Positions 1-10,574 of a DNA stretch of 64,000 nt are shown here, piece by piece. Every line of letters starts with the position of its first letter. Within the stretch, counting starts at the first letter, position 1. Location: positions 608,001 to 672,000 of the forward strand of contig CBDANS010000006.1 in NCBI GenBank assembly GCA_965197745.1, in the 5' to 3' direction. Both the position numbers and the translations under genes were made by a program. Origin of the DNA: Opitutales bacterium. Lineage in GTDB: Bacteria; Verrucomicrobiota; Verrucomicrobiia; Opitutales; PNEW01. The notes under the pieces are model-generated. The model was not told the origin of the DNA, did no database searches, and worked only from the letters and a program-made list of their open reading frames with translations.

Positions 1-265
1 GTTCTTCATCGGCGTTATAGGAATGGATCCCTACATATTGTTTATCTATAAAATCTAAAGAATGAACAACCTTGCTTCTCTCTTCTTTTAATGGGTCTTC
101 ACTCCAGAAGACCCCTAATTCAATGTCTGAATGACCGTCAGCACATCCACGGGCGGAAGATCCTCCTAAAAATACGGCGTCAACTTTACTATTCTCAGCG
201 TAACGTTTGGCAATTTGCTCTGCAATCCGTCGACGCCAAAGACTGTCTTCGCTAATATCATTCAT
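1..265 (-). CDS. nucleotidyltransferase-domain protein (5' part; runs off window)
   Basis: Manual translation from ATG at 265: MNDISEDSLWRRRIAEQIAKRYAENSKVDAVFLGGSSARGCADGHSDIELGVFW; GS..D..SD motif of the Pol-beta NTase fold. Confidence 0.75.
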   Translation of the reverse strand, partial: MNDISEDSLWRRRIAEQIAKRYAENSKVDAVFLGGSSARGCADGHSDIELGVFWSEDPLKEERSKVVHSLDFIDKQYVGIHSYNADEE

Positions 266-277
266 TCTTAGACCATT

Positions 278-1282
278 TTATTCTATATTTTCCAGTTTTC
301 GTAGAACCATTACAATTTCATTATACAACTGATCCCCATCCAACCTCACTAATTGAGCTAAAGGATATTTATTTGCTAACTCCTTCGCAACACGCCACCC
401 TATATAATAACCACTGTTTGTTGGGAATTCAGCATTCGGATTATAGAAAAATTTTCCGATGTCTTCTTCCGAAGTTGCATCAAGATTATTACGGACTTCC
501 TTGGCAAGTATTGGTAAGAGAGGTATGATTTCTTCTTCGAGTGCATGAGCATCTGAAAGAATTTCGCGATCCGATACTTCGGGATTCAAGACCTTACTCA
601 CATATGCGGCAAGACCTTCAGCCCAAACAAGTGTATATAATTCTGGAAATTCATCTTCAAAAAACAATTTCTGTGCTACATCTTTCATCTCTGGGACAAG
701 TTCTAAATGGTATACATGGAATAGCTCATGATGTATAAATGGACCAGTAACCGAACTGTATGACCTTGCAATGGCATCCAACCCTAAAAACAGTGCCATT
801 TTCCCGTTTATGGGCCTCGCCTGTCCCTCAAAAGTGTAGAGTGAAGGCATCAAATATACGGTAGTTCTTCCTTCAAAATCAGGGAAATACTTAAGAAATT
901 GCATCCAGAAAGAGATTAAGTAATGGGGTGTTAGTTCACTACCGTATCGTCGCATTTCCGGTATTATCGGTTGAATACTTTCAAGATAGTTTTCTATTCG
1001 CTCATCACTGATCTCTCCCATCATTTTGCTCTGATACAGTTCTCGATTGGGAATTATGAGTATCTCCCGAAAGAGACTAATTTTTGCACCATCGTCTAAT
1101 CCTTCTGCATTATCCCAAAAATTCCAGAAGTCAGGCATCACATCAATGATCTCAAAAGGGTAGGCAGATGTAAGCGCATCAGTCTTAATGGCGTCAGGTT
1201 GCGAACCAATAAGAGAGTATGGTACCGTTTTGAATGATACGGATATCAAAATCAGACCGAAAAATAGGGTCACTCTTTTCAT
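278..1282 (-). CDS. secreted putative Zn-dependent protease (DUF2268-like)
   Basis: Signal-peptide-like N-terminus, HELFH (HExxH), downstream EGLA, GYYIG. Confidence 0.7.
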   Translation of the reverse strand: MKRVTLFFGLILISVSFKTVPYSLIGSQPDAIKTDALTSAYPFEIIDVMPDFWNFWDNAEGLDDGAKISLFREILIIPNRELYQSKMMGEISDERIENYLESIQPIIPEMRRYGSELTPHYLISFWMQFLKYFPDFEGRTTVYLMPSLYTFEGQARPINGKMALFLGLDAIARSYSSVTGPFIHHELFHVYHLELVPEMKDVAQKLFFEDEFPELYTLVWAEGLAAYVSKVLNPEVSDREILSDAHALEEEIIPLLPILAKEVRNNLDATSEEDIGKFFYNPNAEFPTNSGYYIGWRVAKELANKYPLAQLVRLDGDQLYNEIVMVLRKLENIE

Positions 1283-1309
1283 GACATTAATTGGATGAGG
1301 TCCGGTCTG

Positions 1310-2197
1310 TTATTCTTCTATACCTGTTACCGGAAGCATGTCTTTCATTCCTCCAAGATGCGTCATAAACCACGATAGATCTTTAGTCCGTATACCACCC
1401 AGTACGCATTGAAGTTCAAAAGTACCCGCCCAAAAGCGTGCGCGGTCTTTTGCTTCTAAAAGTTCCGGATAATATTTATTCATTCTCTGAACGAAATTTT
1501 CTCCATAGTAATATAAGATGCAGGCTAAATCTGCCGCAGGGTCCCCCACTCCTGCTGTCCCGAAATCAATAACCCCGTTAATCTGTTTCTTCACTGAATC
1601 ATAAAGGATATGATACGCGCCCATATCGCCGTTAATAAGAGCGGGACGGTATTCCATTGAAATCCTGCCAGTAATAATGGGTTCAAAATGCCTTCTCACC
1701 AATTCCTTAGAGTGGCTCATCATGTGCGGGAAGAGTTGATCTTGAATATCTTCGTATAGTTTAGACCAGACTTCACGGGTTCTATTGACATCTGAAGGTC
1801 CAATTTCATTTTCCGTCCACTTTACTTCCGGGATAGTATGTAAATTTTTAAGGAATTGGGCCAATTGCCGGGCTAAGCTGTCCTGTTCACTATCATTGAG
1901 AATGACGATATCATTTCGCAGCAGGGGTTTTCCGGGAATATAGGGGTAGGAGACAAAATCGTCTTCTCTTACATCAAAATCGGGCACCGTGATCTTAACA
2001 AAGGGTGCGATCAATTTAACAATTTTAATTTCTTGCATGAGTATCTTTGCGTAAGCGCTTTTCTTAGCAAAGCGAAAAACGCGTTCATCGTTTAAGATCA
2101 GAACATCATTAATCAACCCATCCTTATTCTCACGAATATTGTTGATATCAATGTCAGGAAATCGATCTTTGATTCTCTTTAAATAATGCTCATTCAT
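1310..2197 (-). CDS. aminoglycoside phosphotransferase (APH) family kinase
   Basis: VFRF, NGDMGAYHIL catalytic loop, GVIDFG..GDPAAD. Confidence 0.85.
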   Translation of the reverse strand: MNEHYLKRIKDRFPDIDINNIRENKDGLINDVLILNDERVFRFAKKSAYAKILMQEIKIVKLIAPFVKITVPDFDVREDDFVSYPYIPGKPLLRNDIVILNDSEQDSLARQLAQFLKNLHTIPEVKWTENEIGPSDVNRTREVWSKLYEDIQDQLFPHMMSHSKELVRRHFEPIITGRISMEYRPALINGDMGAYHILYDSVKKQINGVIDFGTAGVGDPAADLACILYYYGENFVQRMNKYYPELLEAKDRARFWAGTFELQCVLGGIRTKDLSWFMTHLGGMKDMLPVTGIEE

Positions 2198-2958
2198 GAC
2201 TTTAATGCTTCAAAATAAAAGCGGTGGCTCTGAACATTGAGACTTCTTTTTTCCTGGATCTGCTCATGAATCTTAAATAACCTGTCGCGGTAATTCTCTA
2301 TGGTGAAATCAGGGAATTGCCAGGGAATCATCCTTAAGTAATAAACAATTGCGCCAACATCGAGAAACCGTGTTGTTGGAAATGCTTCACCTTTTTCACC
2401 TATTTCAAAACCTGCAATTTCAATTTCCCTTACCGCATTATCTAAATTCCATTTTTCGAAATTTTTGGTAGGATTATCTTGTAAGAGCTCGTTTAACCTG
2501 AAGTTGTTTTCTCCACCAACTTGTTGCGTTATGAACCGACCCCCACTCTTTAGAATTCGATAAACTTCGTTTGGTGAATACGCTTCATGATGATTTATTA
2601 CTAATCCAAAGTAATTGTCATCAAAAGGTAATGTAAAGTCATCCGTTATCTCAACTACTTGAATACCCAGTGGTTCTAACTTTCTACGAGCAACAGGGAC
2701 ATTGGGTGGGTGCCCTTCTGTGGCAACCGTATTTTTTGGCAAACCACTTATAGTTGCTAAAAACTCACCCCCACCAGTTCCCATGTCCAACAAAGAAATG
2801 TCAGAATTAATTCTATTGGAAACAATCTCACGATAATTCCAGCTAAGATCTTCTTCTTGGAATCGCCCATCCATAAATGAGAAATCCCATCCCGATATCT
2901 CCTGCTTTAAAGCTTCTGATATCAATGATTCGAAAGATAAGTTAAGGGGTGTTGTCAT
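2194..2958 (-). CDS. class I SAM-dependent methyltransferase
   Basis: LLDMGTGGG motif I; LKSGGRFI. Confidence 0.9.
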   Translation of the reverse strand: MTTPLNLSFESLISEALKQEISGWDFSFMDGRFQEEDLSWNYREIVSNRINSDISLLDMGTGGGEFLATISGLPKNTVATEGHPPNVPVARRKLEPLGIQVVEITDDFTLPFDDNYFGLVINHHEAYSPNEVYRILKSGGRFITQQVGGENNFRLNELLQDNPTKNFEKWNLDNAVREIEIAGFEIGEKGEAFPTTRFLDVGAIVYYLRMIPWQFPDFTIENYRDRLFKIHEQIQEKRSLNVQSHRFYFEALKS

Positions 2959-3513
2959 TAGGGGAAATTGAATACAATTTCAAATCATGGAGAACGCCGT
3001 TCCTCTCGCGAGCTTTTTTCAATACCCCTTCATAACACATCCCTGACTTTTCAAGCACCCGGGATGATGCATTGTTGTCCATCATACAAGTTCCTTCAAT
3101 TCGTTTGAGCTTCAAATTAGTGAATCCATAATCGATCACTTTCCGCGTTGCTTCAGTAGCATACCCTACGCTCCAATATTGCCTGGAGATTCCGAATGCA
3201 ATCTCAGCTTTCTTTTGAACAGGATTAAACGAATGAAAAAAGCAGTATCCAATAACTTTTTCAGATTCGATCAAGACTATCGACCAGGAGACAACATCAG
3301 AAAACATTAAAAACGAAATAAATTTATGGGTGTCATCTATAGATTTATGGGTGTTCCAAAAAGTATATTTGTCAGCTCTGAATCCGATGCGAATTCAAAT
3401 ATATCCTGAGCATCCGCGCTGTCTATTTTTCTCAATAGTAACCGGGAGGTTTGAAGTGATTGAATTGCTATTGTCGTAAGCTCTGCTCTTTTGACTTTGT
3501 TATTTTGCCTCAT
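2942..3513 (-). pseudogene. RimJ/RimL-type GNAT acetyltransferase, 1-bp frameshift near 3369
   Basis: ATG at 3513 gives ..QTSRLLLRKIDSADAQDIFEFASD..; one missing A in an A run joins it to ORF 2942..3307 (YWSVGYATEA, NNASSRVLEKSG). Confidence 0.8.
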
Positions 3514-3574
3514 AATTTCCTAAATATAGAGGGAATCAGAGTAATAAATTGACTTCTAAAGTTAAACGGCGCGA

Positions 3575-3883
3575 CTACTTTGCCTGATCACCGAGAAACT
3601 CGCCGTCCAGCCAGCGCCTGCGCCAGCGCAGGACCTTTGTTTCTTTTCTGATACCCGCTTTTTCATAAGGGTCATCGTAGGCAAATTTTTCTGCTTCCTC
3701 TCGTGAATCAGTATCAAGCAATGAGATACCGCCAATTACCGTTGTTTTATCATCTGCCAGGAGCGCACCCGCGGCTAATAACTTCCTTCCAGCTTTACTC
3801 ACATGATCCCTGTGTGCCTCTCTTAAGCTTTCACGGATCTCACTTTTCCCCTCGTGGTCCAGGGCATAAATTAGAAAAGGCAT
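3575..3883 (-). CDS. YciI family protein
   Basis: R..LREAHR, AGALL, DDPY motifs; 102 aa. Confidence 0.85.
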   Translation of the reverse strand: MPFLIYALDHEGKSEIRESLREAHRDHVSKAGRKLLAAGALLADDKTTVIGGISLLDTDSREEAEKFAYDDPYEKAGIRKETKVLRWRRRWLDGEFLGDQAK

Positions 3884-3906
3884 TTATTTATATTTGGTAA
3901 TGATTT

Positions 3907-4377
3907 CTATAATGCGTATGACATTTTAAAATTCAAAAACGCTACATCACAAACAGTCACTGTATTGTCATAAATATAAACAAATCCCTGGCGTTCGAAA
4001 AACGGTCTGGCGGTAATTGATACCTCAGAATATAACTGCTTTATGCATTTATCTCTGGCAACTGATTTTACGTGATTCATCAGCTTAAACATTACTCCCT
4101 GGCCGGCAAAGGATGGCAAAACATAAGTATGGTCTATATGCCCGTCAGGATCCAGCTCGATATATCCGGCTATTACACCCTTGCTATCAAAAACATAAGG
4201 TTGTTTTTCTTCACATCTTTTTCGCCAGCTATCGAGTTCATAATTGTGAGGTGCCCATGCTTCAAGTTGTCTCGAATCATAGTCTTTTGAAGCGAGTTCG
4301 TGGACTGCATCGTGGAAGATTACAGCTATCTGCTTATAATCAGCGCCGTGGCACTTGCGAATCGTTCCATTTATCAT
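3907..4377 (-). CDS. GNAT acetyltransferase (YafP-like)
   Basis: HIDHTYV..FAGQGV, SITARPFFERQGF. Confidence 0.85.
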   Translation of the reverse strand: MINGTIRKCHGADYKQIAVIFHDAVHELASKDYDSRQLEAWAPHNYELDSWRKRCEEKQPYVFDSKGVIAGYIELDPDGHIDHTYVLPSFAGQGVMFKLMNHVKSVARDKCIKQLYSEVSITARPFFERQGFVYIYDNTVTVCDVAFLNFKMSYAL

Positions 4378-4413
4378 ATGACCTGATAGTTGAGGACAGA
4401 CGGTATTGGTGTT

Positions 4414-4809
4414 TTATTTAAGTCTGATCAAGCCCGCTTCGGTATGGCGGAAACCGCAATGCTGATAAAAATCTCTGTATTCAGATTTATAATCGACATG
4501 AATCCATGTCATACCCGCTATTTTTGATTCTTCCACCGCGATCCGAACTAACTCGGTGCCAATTCCCTGCCTCCGGAATGTCGGATCTACGCTGGTATCC
4601 AAAATGAAGGCATGATCGCCCCCATCCCAGGCTACATTAACAAAACCTACAAATTTCTCATCGCTGTAGGCTGCAACGTAAGTCAATGAATGCTTGAGCA
4701 CAGGTTGATAATCCTCAATTTCATCATCGTGTGTATTCCAAACACGATTCATCAGGGCATTAAGTGATTCATTTTGAAGGGGTGGTTTTACCCGGTACTC
4801 AATTTGCAT
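4414..4809 (-). CDS. GNAT acetyltransferase
   Basis: VDPTFRRQGIG acetyl-CoA motif, FYQHCGF. Confidence 0.9.
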   Translation of the reverse strand: MQIEYRVKPPLQNESLNALMNRVWNTHDDEIEDYQPVLKHSLTYVAAYSDEKFVGFVNVAWDGGDHAFILDTSVDPTFRRQGIGTELVRIAVEESKIAGMTWIHVDYKSEYRDFYQHCGFRHTEAGLIRLK

Positions 4810-4810
4810 A

Positions 4811-5593
4811 TTAAGCCTCTACTGAGTTGTCTGGTTCGACCTTTGTTGCCTCTATGAGCAGGAATACGGGAAATTGCTTTATAAATTCAGGATCAATTAG
4901 GTCGGAATTGGCTTGATGCGGCGGTTCGTAGAAAGAGGAGACCATCAATCCCGCATTGCTTAAAGCTGTAAAGTAGGCGGTGAGACTTCTATGATAGTGA
5001 TTGTGTCCGCCAAATGAGTCAATGCGCCAGACATCCGGGTTCAGGTAACCTCTCAGCTTTTTAAAGTATTCTCCTGTCTTTTCATCCCGGTGACTTTTCT
5101 GATTAAAAAAGCAGGGATGAGGCAGACTGATAATGAATTTTCCCGATTTATTCAATACCGAGGATACCGCAGAGAATAGTAATTCAATTTCCAGTATATC
5201 CATGACCACCATGTGAGATATAACAATATCAAACTTGCGCCCAAGGTTTGGCAGCCCTTGCGATAAATCATAAACAACAAAGTCAAGGTCAGGATAAAGA
5301 GATTTGGCTCTTCCGATCAGTATATTCGATCCATCAATTCCGATAACGGACGCACTGCGATCGTGCAGTTCTTTGGTCAGCCAACCCTGCCCGCAACCAA
5401 GATCTAAAACGCTTAGACCGTTCGGATCTCCAATCAACTCCCAAAAACGATCCTTGATCTCAGGAAAACAACGATCTCCCCTGGATTCAATAATTTCAGA
5501 ATAGTGCGATGCGTTCCGATTCCAGTCCTGGATATCTTCGTCCGATTTCATCTCATTGAAAATATCGCCCATCGCCTCACTCGCACAACACAA
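4811..5593 (-). CDS. class I SAM-dependent methyltransferase (true start probably ~5572 or ~5551)
   Basis: VLDLGCGQG, GIDGS, HPCF, YHRSL. Confidence 0.9.
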   Translation of the reverse strand: MCCASEAMGDIFNEMKSDEDIQDWNRNASHYSEIIESRGDRCFPEIKDRFWELIGDPNGLSVLDLGCGQGWLTKELHDRSASVIGIDGSNILIGRAKSLYPDLDFVVYDLSQGLPNLGRKFDIVISHMVVMDILEIELLFSAVSSVLNKSGKFIISLPHPCFFNQKSHRDEKTGEYFKKLRGYLNPDVWRIDSFGGHNHYHRSLTAYFTALSNAGLMVSSFYEPPHQANSDLIDPEFIKQFPVFLLIEATKVEPDNSVEA

Positions 5594-5634
5594 ATTGCGA
5601 GGTAGTAGCGTGGTAATATATTTATAGTTTTGTC

Positions 5635-6495
5635 TTAAAATATATTATAAGCATTAGCTAAACACTGTGTTCTTAAATCGCTATCTTCAGCAAGTTTCAT
5701 CAGCCCATAAAAGGCATAAGGATATTTGAATAAGTGCCCAAGGCCGAGAGAAGAATCATTCATGCGTTGCTCCCAATAGGCTTTCTGCAGCGGGAAAAGT
5801 TCAGATGGTAAATGATCAGATCTCGGTATGTCTCTTTCAGCAGGTCCCATTCGGATACGCCCTATGAACATTCTGAAGGCTGCTTCATCCATCTTTGAAA
5901 AATCTGTGTGTCCCAGTTTCTGCAAGTCCATTATGTGAGCGCGGCTATAAGTAAGGAGATGTCCAGTCCAGCCCTGTCCATGCCCTTTAAATCTTTCGAT
6001 CGACTTAAGGAACTCAATAAGCACAAACTCTGCAGCTTTTGCCGTGATATTTAAATCGGGAATTCCGCTAACATCATCTACTGAAAATTCAGTGACCTGG
6101 AAGGATTCGGCAAGCTTGCACATACCTTTTACCCGTGATGGTGTAATCGTTTCAGGAAGATCCCGAAATGCTTTCAATGCGAGAGTTGGCAGAATGACGT
6201 TGTGACCCACTTGTCGTAGCTTACCGATTTTTTTACTCATCGTTTCGACTACTTGTTCTAGTAAGCTCGGGTCAGATTTCTCTCTGGGAAATGGCTCACA
6301 TAGCTCGGTATGAGCCCAGTGTCTATCAATCATTTTGGCGATAATATCTGATACGCCTTCTTCCACATCGTTCTCCTGGCAAAGGTAATAGGCGGAGATG
6401 ATTGCACCCCCACGATGACCATCTTCAAAGTAATTCATATTGTGGGCGCGACTGAGAGCGTTGAGCCCATGCACTAAATATTGTTCATTAAGCAT
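5635..6495 (-). CDS. hypothetical protein with conserved-looking GH motifs
   Basis: 286-aa ORF co-oriented with the array; four GH dipeptides; family not recognised. Confidence 0.7.
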   Translation of the reverse strand: MLNEQYLVHGLNALSRAHNMNYFEDGHRGGAIISAYYLCQENDVEEGVSDIIAKMIDRHWAHTELCEPFPREKSDPSLLEQVVETMSKKIGKLRQVGHNVILPTLALKAFRDLPETITPSRVKGMCKLAESFQVTEFSVDDVSGIPDLNITAKAAEFVLIEFLKSIERFKGHGQGWTGHLLTYSRAHIMDLQKLGHTDFSKMDEAAFRMFIGRIRMGPAERDIPRSDHLPSELFPLQKAYWEQRMNDSSLGLGHLFKYPYAFYGLMKLAEDSDLRTQCLANAYNIF

Positions 6496-6537
6496 ACGAA
6501 AGACCCCGTAATTGTGTGATTAATTGGACCTTGTTCA

Positions 6538-7131
6538 TTACGTCCAATCCTCATGGGACAGCTTAAACCGCCTGATGCGTTCGTCTATAAACTTCTGCCC
6601 ATACCTACCGTCGTTAATTATACTATCAATTTCATTGAAGCCATTTTTTTCGAGAACCCGACATGAAGCTGGATTGCCCTCCCAGCAACCACTATAAATT
6701 GTTTTAATTGCCAGATTCTCAAAAGCATAAGCAACGGCACAATGGACAGCCCTAGTCGCAACACCTCTGCCCCAGAAAGGCACACCCACCCAGTAATCTA
6801 TCTCGATAGATTGTATATCGAAATCGGGTTCATTTAATCCGATAACGCCGACGAAGTCTCCATTGAGTAAGATCGCTGATGAAAATAGTTTCTTTTGCTC
6901 CCTGGCTTCAATTCTCTGCTTCACAAACAACGCACCGCCATTTTCGGGGTAGGGATTGGGAACGTTACAGGTCTGGGCAAGACGTTCGTCAGAAGCATAT
7001 TTTTGAATATATTCCGCGTCGTCCACCTCGATAGGCCTGATCAATACATCTTGAGCATTCATTTTGTATGAGTGTAATACCAAATCGATGCTAAAAATGG
7101 GTTTGAAGAAAACTTTGAATTTGCAGCGCAA
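6538..7131 (-). CDS. RimJ/RimL-type GNAT acetyltransferase (true start probably ~7062)
   Basis: YWVGVPFWGRGVAT, NPASCRVLEKNGF. Confidence 0.9.
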   Translation of the reverse strand: MRCKFKVFFKPIFSIDLVLHSYKMNAQDVLIRPIEVDDAEYIQKYASDERLAQTCNVPNPYPENGGALFVKQRIEAREQKKLFSSAILLNGDFVGVIGLNEPDFDIQSIEIDYWVGVPFWGRGVATRAVHCAVAYAFENLAIKTIYSGCWEGNPASCRVLEKNGFNEIDSIINDGRYGQKFIDERIRRFKLSHEDWT

Positions 7132-7567
7132 TCGGTGTTGTCACATCAGAGGGCAAAGGGTTATCGACTTTTTCACCCAGTCCGGAAAACACGCGTGGAC
7201 CTATTAGTTTTTCAGGCCAGTCTTTTCCCCTGGCGATTACATGAAAATGAACGTGATGGAATCCCTCCATTTCCGCTAATTGAATTACGTATTCTTTTTC
7301 TGTATCTAATAACGTGTGTAATGCTTCACAAACTGACTTCAGCAACTTACTCAATTCTGAATATTCAACTTCAGACAATTCGTGAAGCGCTTGGCAATGC
7401 CTCTTTAAAACAAGGACTAACCATCCCTTAATGGAAGTAGGATCACCGTGTTCAATAATCCAATGTGATGTCTCAAATATTCTCGGCGCATTGCTTAGAC
7501 TGATCTTACCTTGTAGATTCTTACAGGATTTGCATTGGTCGTCATACTGGGAATTCATAGTGGTCAT
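7091..7567 (-). CDS. HIT family hydrolase
   Basis: CxxC near N-terminus; HHVHFHV histidine triad. Confidence 0.85.
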   Translation of the reverse strand: MTTMNSQYDDQCKSCKNLQGKISLSNAPRIFETSHWIIEHGDPTSIKGWLVLVLKRHCQALHELSEVEYSELSKLLKSVCEALHTLLDTEKEYVIQLAEMEGFHHVHFHVIARGKDWPEKLIGPRVFSGLGEKVDNPLPSDVTTPIALQIQSFLQTHF

Positions 7568-7601
7568 AATTTTATAAATTTATATTTCATGTTCACTGGG
7601 A

Positions 7602-8426
7602 CTAATCCAGCTTCCTGTTTTTATTCATCCAATCTACGGCATAATCGACAATTTTTCTCATTTTGAACATCTTAACCTGAGCGTTTCCGACTACACCCTG
7701 AATTAATTCGGGGTTGCCCTTCTCATAGGCCATACCGATTTCCTCAAAATCATATCCATACCAGTAAATGTCATCGTACCATGTCCACTCAACCCGGTTA
7801 TTCTTTATTAAGGGGGCTCCTCGCTTACATTTTTTCTGCTCGGCAAATTTGCACCGATATTCTGACAGGTGAAAGGCTGTATTGTTACTGTAACCCGTCC
7901 CTATTAGTAGAACAGTGGCGTCCAGATCATAGAGACGAGCCAATGGAGACGTTTCTCCGGCACTCATACTCAGGGAGTGATTATCCGTAATGAAGTTGGC
8001 ATTTTTACCGCGAGCTCCCCAGGAAACAAAAGGGTGATGCGAACGGATCGTTCCTTTCTGATGCATGAAACAGTCAACAATCATCCCCATTTTACGCGCT
8101 GGGGTCATTTCAGGATAGAATGGTGGCATATTCTCTCTTATAGTCTGAATCCAATCCGATGGAACGGCCGGACTGGCCCAATCTTCGGGATCTGATAAAT
8201 CCGCGCTGTGGGTTGGCATAGCAAGGGTCCCCTCCGGCCCCAGGATATTTTCTAATGCTAATATCACAGAGACAGGTCCCCCTACGACATAGCCCATTGA
8301 ACTCAGGGAGGAGTGCACGATCAATGTCATGGCGGATTTTACGCCAAGTTTTTTAAAGTCTTCTGTCAGCGAAGAAATAGTGTGCGGAACTTCCGTTTGC
8401 CCGATTACTTTTATCAACTTTGTCAT
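7602..8426 (-). CDS. AAC(3)/YokD-family aminoglycoside N3-acetyltransferase
   Basis: LIVHSSLSSMGYVVGG, GTLAMPTHS, RSHHP, SPLARLY, NTAFHLSE. Confidence 0.92.
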   Translation of the reverse strand: MTKLIKVIGQTEVPHTISSLTEDFKKLGVKSAMTLIVHSSLSSMGYVVGGPVSVILALENILGPEGTLAMPTHSADLSDPEDWASPAVPSDWIQTIRENMPPFYPEMTPARKMGMIVDCFMHQKGTIRSHHPFVSWGARGKNANFITDNHSLSMSAGETSPLARLYDLDATVLLIGTGYSNNTAFHLSEYRCKFAEQKKCKRGAPLIKNNRVEWTWYDDIYWYGYDFEEIGMAYEKGNPELIQGVVGNAQVKMFKMRKIVDYAVDWMNKNRKLD

Positions 8427-8433
8427 TTTATGA

Positions 8434-9003
8434 TTAGCCAGGGCTTTGGTTATTACTGGTTAATTTAATTATTTCCTCTGTTGTTTCCTCAGGTGTTTTT
8501 CCCTTTGTATGGATTGTTAATTTAGCTAAATCATAGTTGGAATGGTGTTCCAGAAAATGAAGATTAATATTAAATATCCCATCAGAATCCACTTCTATTC
8601 GATCATTTAATGTTTTAAATGACTCAGTCAAATTCGGTGAGGGAAGAAGCAAAATGACATTACGAAAATCTGCCAGGACATCTTTTATTCGCTCAAATAA
8701 TTGATCATTTTCATATACAGAATGGCCACCACCAAAATCAAAAACGCAACTGTCATTATCATTGAGAATCCTTTCAATCGCATACGCTTCAAAAGGTTTC
8801 CAATACCGGTATAGACCATCAAAGAATCCTAGTTTTTCATTAATCGTTTCAGCTAATTTTCGGTCATAGCCAATTTCGTCATAGTACTTCCATCTTAACT
8901 CGTCGACATCACATAGAGTGATATTCAGCTTTTTCGCTATCAATTCTCCCACCGTGCTTTTACCTGTCTGGATGGGGCAAATAAGAACTATTTCGTCACG
9001 CAT
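8434..9003 (-). CDS. shikimate-kinase-like P-loop kinase
   Basis: CPIQTGKST P-loop, DVD, DFGGGH. Confidence 0.75.
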   Translation of the reverse strand: MRDEIVLICPIQTGKSTVGELIAKKLNITLCDVDELRWKYYDEIGYDRKLAETINEKLGFFDGLYRYWKPFEAYAIERILNDNDSCVFDFGGGHSVYENDQLFERIKDVLADFRNVILLLPSPNLTESFKTLNDRIEVDSDGIFNINLHFLEHHSNYDLAKLTIHTKGKTPEETTEEIIKLTSNNQSPG

Positions 9004-9049
9004 TGATTGAAAGGGGTCAGCATTTTATAATCGTTCATTGATCATAGTG

Positions 9050-9601
9050 CTAATGCAAGGGCATGACAAAAGCCAGAAACGGCTTCTTGCGTTCCATCGG
9101 TTCTACGGCAAATCCCATCGAGATCTTCAGTTGCTGGTTCTCGGGATGCTCGTTATTGCTGACGGATCGCACCTGGTAACAGCCAAGCTCCCTTGCCCGC
9201 TTCAGCGTTCGCTCTTGCAGCGCCCTGCCGATGCCTTGGCGTCGATGTGTTTCATTAACGCCAAAGGCAATAATTTTGGCCTCCGTCAGTGTGCGCCCAT
9301 TAAGTTGAACGGGCTCATGGCCACGGTCATGGGGACCAATCTCCCACACCACGAACATGAGAAAACCCACGACTGTGTCATCTTTTAACGCTGCGAGAAA
9401 ATAACGTAAAAATTGTTCAAAGAATGTGTCAAAAGCCCAACCCGTTTGATTCTCTCCAGCGATGGTTTGAACTAAATCGTCCCAACGCGGATGCGCAGGT
9501 GTCCATTCTTCAATTGCTACACTCATATTGATACCAGCTGTATTATGGATTTGTATTAAACATCTGAAAGACCGGGTTCCCACCCGACATCGGCAGCCCA
9601 T
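9050..9601 (-). CDS. GNAT acetyltransferase (true start probably MSVAIEE, ~9526)
   Basis: VNETHRRQGIGRAL. Confidence 0.85.
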   Translation of the reverse strand: MGCRCRVGTRSFRCLIQIHNTAGINMSVAIEEWTPAHPRWDDLVQTIAGENQTGWAFDTFFEQFLRYFLAALKDDTVVGFLMFVVWEIGPHDRGHEPVQLNGRTLTEAKIIAFGVNETHRRQGIGRALQERTLKRARELGCYQVRSVSNNEHPENQQLKISMGFAVEPMERKKPFLAFVMPLH

Positions 9602-10107
9602 CGGTCTGCACGATGCATGATCTCATGGATTATCGGGTCCTTAGCGTCTACGTAGGTTTGTCTTTCGTAACGATACCTTTCAGCCAGTTCCCTTTTCACC
9701 CTTTCATACTTTTCGTGGTCACTTGGGTGTAAACGTATATAATCACGGAACAACAGGGCGAACTGCTGGTGCCAGCTGCCCAGCTTCCTCGTATGAATAT
9801 GCGTTCGTCTCGTTCCGGGTTTCTCCCTGAAATACCGTTTTGTTTTTTCCCCGTTGTTCTTCTTCCAGACATAACCCAGTGATTCCATCGGTATCAAAAA
9901 AGGTTCCACCGGTTCTAGGCTGCAAACAGAGATCTGGATATCGATAATTGGTTTAGCGGCCAGTCCCGGCACCGAAGTGGAGCCAATATGATCAATGCGA
10001 TTGGCCACCTCCCCCAGTGCATTTCTTAGAGCTTTCCCAATGTCTTTAAATTCTTTAGGCCACTCGGGAGAGTAGTCGGAAATTAAAATGGGTTCTACAG
10101 ACTTCAT
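9556..10107 (-). CDS. GrpB/UPF0157 nucleotidyltransferase-like protein
   Basis: IDHIGSTSVPGLAAKPIIDI, FRDY. Confidence 0.93.
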   Translation of the reverse strand: MKSVEPILISDYSPEWPKEFKDIGKALRNALGEVANRIDHIGSTSVPGLAAKPIIDIQISVCSLEPVEPFLIPMESLGYVWKKNNGEKTKRYFREKPGTRRTHIHTRKLGSWHQQFALLFRDYIRLHPSDHEKYERVKRELAERYRYERQTYVDAKDPIIHEIMHRADRWAADVGWEPGLSDV

Positions 10108-10115
10108 TCACTATT

Positions 10116-10505
10116 CTAATAATTACGTATAACCATGCCCACAGAACGCATCATGCCTAAAGATTCGTAGAATGGTTGAACGTCCTTATCGCACATAAGA
10201 TCAATGGCGGGAATATTTTGTAATTTATCCAGCATACTCTTCATCAACATTTTCCCAATCCCCCTTCTTCTATATTGGGGCAATACTTCAAGCAATGGAA
10301 TAAAAGCACTTTGAATATGATCGGTGTTCGCTGTTACGTAACCGACAACTTTATTCTTATCGGTATCTATGGCCATGAACACATAGTCACTGTTCTTAAG
10401 AATTTCTAAATGGGCTTCATTTGAATGTGGTTTAACCCAACCTTCAAAAAAACCTCCCAGCATACCCGGGGTGATGTCCTTTATTGATTCAACATACTTA
10501 ACCAT
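10116..10505 (-). CDS. GNAT acetyltransferase
   Basis: VLPQYRRRGIG, FYESLG; ATG at 10505 (ORF track extends upstream to 10571). Confidence 0.88.
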   Translation of the reverse strand: MVKYVESIKDITPGMLGGFFEGWVKPHSNEAHLEILKNSDYVFMAIDTDKNKVVGYVTANTDHIQSAFIPLLEVLPQYRRRGIGKMLMKSMLDKLQNIPAIDLMCDKDVQPFYESLGMMRSVGMVIRNY

Positions 10506-10574
10506 ATCTACAACTGAATTATCCCTACACGACTTATTCGGCAAGATAGCATTGAGAAGGGGTACCAACAATCC

